A DNA stretch of 64,000 bases, taken from the NCBI GenBank assembly GCA_963848165.1, contig CAWKCS010000020.1:41180-105179 (forward strand). Direction: 5' to 3'. A program made the translations under genes and the position numbers. This DNA comes from an uncultured delta proteobacterium (GTDB lineage: Bacteria > Desulfobacterota > Desulfobacteria > Desulfobacterales > B30-G6). Below are positions 61,575-64,000 of this stretch, in pieces (the first letter of the stretch is position 1; each line of letters opens with the position of its first letter). The notes under the pieces were generated by a model. It did no database searches, was not told the DNA's origin, and saw nothing but the letters and a program-made list of their open reading frames with translations.

Positions 61575-61686
61575 ATAGCTGGGAAGCTAGGACGCCGGGA
61601 GGCTGGAATGCTGCTCTCCGCCTAAAGCTGTCAGCTACCCTTGTATCACCCTCCGCCCCTCCAAACCCTCCAACCCTCCAACCCTC
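61575..61686. repeat. composite spacer (AGCT-containing segment plus a C-rich CCCTCCAACCCTCCAACCCTC tail)
   Basis: Read directly. The 15-mer CCCTTGTATCACCCT (61638-61652) recurs as its reverse complement at 63889-63903. Confidence 0.75.
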
Positions 61687-61690
61687 ATAT

Positions 61691-62110
61691 TTATACATGC
61701 CCCAGAGCGGACAGCTCTTGGACCGTCGTCAGCAGAATCTCGGCTTCGACCGGTTTTTCCATGAACGTATCGATCAATTCATGGGGCTTCACATTGCCTG
61801 TAAGCCATACAGGTTATGGCATTTCAGAAATGTGTCTTTATCTAAGGTAGAGAGCATGATGACCGGTATCCGACTGAGGGTTTCGTCCTGCTTGAGGCTG
61901 TTGATACAGGCGGATGCCGCTTTCTCCCGGCATCATCATGTTGAGGATGATAACGGAAGGGTGTTCTGCGGCAGCCTTTTTGAGCCCATCTGCTTTATTG
62001 CTCGCCGTAAGCGGATGAAACCCGCTGGCGTTCAAAAGATTGAAAAGGAAAATTCTGGTGTCCGGTTCATCGTCCACCACAAGTATTTTTTTTACTGTTT
62101 CTGCAGACAC
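61691..62110 (-). CDS. single-domain CheY-like receiver; two apparent frameshifts (about 61896-61897 and 61797-61798)
   Basis: MSAETVKKILVVDDEPDTRIFL...VIILNMMMPGESGIRLYQQ | LKQDETLSRIPVIMLSTLDKDTFLKCHNLYGLQ | GNVKPHELIDTFMEKPVEAEILLTTVQELSALGHV*. The three frames tile a normal REC fold. Confidence 0.7.
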
Positions 62111-62332
62111 CCCATAAGCCTCCTACCTAAGATGAGCGTTTTAAATGATTTGATTTGTTTGAATTCTTAAAATTTGAAACGCTCAACTTAGGTTCCAGAA
62201 AAAATGCTTGTAACCCGGAAACTCACGATCCTGAAATACTCGGGTTAGACGGTTTCGGTCTGTCAGAGAGGAATGCAGACAGGTCAATATCAGACCACTG
62301 TTGCTAAAATGGGTTTTCTGTTCCGATGAATT

Positions 62333-62348
62333 AGCATAGAGCGTGCCA
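62333..62348 (-). promoter_or_regulatory. sigma54 (-24/-12) promoter of redox/signalling operon B
   Basis: The minus strand reads CTTGGCACGCTCTATGCTAA. That is TGGCACG-N4-aTGCT with correct GG/GC spacing. It lies ~210 nt upstream of the CheY-like start. Confidence 0.75.
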
Positions 62349-62422
62349 AGCTTTTTATAGTTTGTAACATGTTGAAATTATTGCAATGTGGCGGAGGTCT
62401 TCACGCAGGTTCCCAACTGTTC

Positions 62423-62530
62423 ACACAACATATGTTGCAATAAATGCAACATATGTTGTGTAACAAGCTGATAGATTTAATTAAAACGCAATTGAAACAA
62501 AATGCAACATATGCGCAACATTGCTGCAAC
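62423..62530. promoter_or_regulatory. cluster of TGCAAC/GTTGCA palindromes (candidate enhancer/UAS or operator)
   Basis: ACACAACATATGTTGCA-ataaa-TGCAACATATGTTGTGT (62423-62461) has perfect 17-bp arms. A further TGCAACATATG lies at 62503-62513 and TGCAAC at 62524. The centre is ~95-110 bp upstream of the sigma54 promoter. Confidence 0.65.
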
Positions 62531-62926
62531 TTTCCCCTGTTATCATGGCTGCACCTAAGACATCATCGGTTTTTCTGAAAAATTATCATGACATATTCGG
62601 GGTTCATGGCATTTGCGAAAAAGGGCTACACTGAGTGTAGCAATAAGCAACAACCAAGCAACTGCTTGTTTTTTATTCATAAATACTCTTTATCAGGATG
62701 CTTTTCCCGGACAGGTGTAAAAAAATGCATCACAAATTGAATCTATCGGATCAGGCAGCCGGTGGTTTAACCCAAGGTTGTTGAAAGATAAAATATAATT
62801 AAATCAATAGATAAGAAATATTACTGGTTGTGTAACGCCGAGTGGTATTGTTTTTGCTCTATTCTGATAGTGATGAAACGCAGTTTGACCGATGATTGTC
62901 AAAAGGAAACAAGGGAGGGCCAAGCA

Positions 62927-63875
62927 ATGAAAATAAAAAAATTGATAAGTAGAAAAAAAGATCGTGAAAAAAAATACGTACAGGGATTTAATGTGCTGGA
63001 GGATGAATGTATCTGGATGAAAGCAGGCGTGGTCAATTTTCGTAAATGTGACAACAGTTTCGACTGCAACAGCTGTCCATTTGACAAAGGTATGCGTAAA
63101 GCAATGGGTATCGACGAAAACCTGAAAACAGAGCAGGCAGCGCCCAACTGGGTCGAATTTCTACAGAAAAATTACTATGGTGCCTCAAGACCTTGCCGTC
63201 ATGCACTTACCGGTCGTATTGATGCCCCCAAGATATGTGCTCATGAACTATGAGTGCTATCATTGCTCTTTTGATCAGATTCTGGATGAAATGGATATCG
63301 CCAGGGATCTTGAATCTCCACAATATATCTCTGCATCAGGGTATCAAATGGCCGATGGATACTACTACCACATGGGGCATAGCTGGTCACGGTTCGAGCA
63401 TGGCGGTCGAATACGGGTCGGCGTGGATGATTTTCTGGTGAAAGTTTTTGGTTCGGCAAGGTCCCTGAACCTGCCGCCTTTGGGTGAGAAAATGCAGCAA
63501 AATAAGGTGGGATGGGCCTTTGCGAGAAATGGCCATGAGGCGGCGGTCCTGTCTCCTATAACGGGCACGGTCCTGGCTGTGAACCATAAGGCCAGAGAAC
63601 ATCCTGAGATGATCCACGAGGATCCCTATAACACGGGATGGTTGTTCATTATGGAACCCGTGATGCCGAAACGCAACTTAAAGGGGCTCTATTTCGGCCG
63701 GGAAAGCGTCCAGTGGATGGAAGAGGAAAGCCAGAGGCTGTTGTCATTGATGGGACCGGAGTACAAAGATCTGGCCGCCACCGGTGCCGAACCCATCAGT
63801 GATGTATATGGATCTTTTCCGGAGATCGGATGGGATGTTCTGGTGGAGATATTTTTGCGAACGGGGAAAAAATAA
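62927..63875 (+). CDS. GcvH-fold protein lacking the lipoyl-lysine, with a Cys-rich N-terminal domain; apparent frameshift at the C-run 63225-63229
   Basis: RBS AAGGGAGGG then MKIKKLISRK...CIWMKAGVVNFRKCDNSFDCNSCPFD...RPCRHALTGRIDAP | RYVLMNYECYHCSF...YYYHMGHSWSRFEHGGRIRVGVDDFLVKVFG...LPPLGEKMQQNKVGWAFARNGHEAAVLSPITGTVLAVN...DPYNTGWLFIMEP. Confidence 0.6.
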
Positions 63876-63881
63876 AAAATG

Positions 63882-63925
63882 AGGGTCAAGGGTGATACAA
63901 GGGTTCGAGGGGAAATAGGGTTTGT
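63882..63925. repeat. G-rich tract, inverted relative to 61638-61686
   Basis: GAGGGTCAAGGGTGATACAAGGGTTCGAGGGGAAATAGGGTTTG. It contains AGGGTGATACAAGGG, the reverse complement of 61638-61652. Confidence 0.75.
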
Positions 63926-64000
63926 GAGTTTCATGGGTTCATTGGGTTGCTGAAATGGAAACGAGTTGAAAGCTCTCGCCGGCGGCCATAAGCAACACAA

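Noticed and set aside
63689-64000. 103-aa minus-strand ORF at the right edge
   Set aside because: It overlaps the 3' end of the GcvH-like gene and the G-rich repeat. Its composition is unremarkable and it has no recognisable motif. I treat it as spurious, although the window ends here.

Overview
This is a chromosomal window that looks like a sulfate-reducing deltaproteobacterium (Desulfobacterales-like). The pointers are DsrC, an AhbA/B-type siroheme decarboxylase, PFOR, many HdrA/MvhD/Qmo/Flx-type redox genes and in-frame UGA (Sec) codons. Layout, left to right: (1) 1-8.5 kb, a divergent lipid or aryl-polyene-like biosynthesis cluster: MMPL exporter, ATP-grasp, GT2, ACP, thioesterase, a KS and a His-less CLF-like KS. 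(2) 8.6-14.8 kb, an Opp/Dpp-type peptide ABC operon. (3) 15-29 kb, central-metabolism and miscellaneous genes: B12-radical SAM, class I fumarase, PFOR, PaaI thioesterase, YkgJ, nitrilase-family hydrolase, hybrid kinase, AhbA/B, YjbQ. (4) Redox operon A, minus strand, 39.2 to 28.9 kb: a Sec-containing HdrA N-terminal fragment, NuoE-like, NuoF-like, a NuoG-N-terminus::HdrA-remainder::second-HdrA fusion, Sec-MvhD, three Flx-like Fe-S/flavin subunits and DsrC. (5) 39.4-44.7 kb, a sigma54 circuit: Rossmann-PAS kinase, NtrC-type activator, a sigma54 promoter and an unusual REC-[Cys4 module]x2-REC protein. (6) miaA and a small exported protein. (7) Redox/signalling operon B, minus strand, 62.1 to 46.5 kb, behind a second sigma54 promoter with TGCAAC palindromes: CheY-like, a QmoC::HdrD fusion, HdrA with a GltD-like insertion, MvhD, an Fe-S subunit, a tandem HdrA carrying an internal receiver domain, a CXXCH-motif sensor kinase and a REC-kinase. 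(8) A lysine-less GcvH-like protein. The intergenic DNA is packed with several families of short-unit palindromic repeats. Eleven apparent frameshifts, most of them in or next to short homopolymer runs, split otherwise intact genes, so the assembly probably carries indel errors. I saw no rRNA, tRNA, CRISPR array, transposase or phage genes. All family assignments come from motif recognition by eye, not from database searches.
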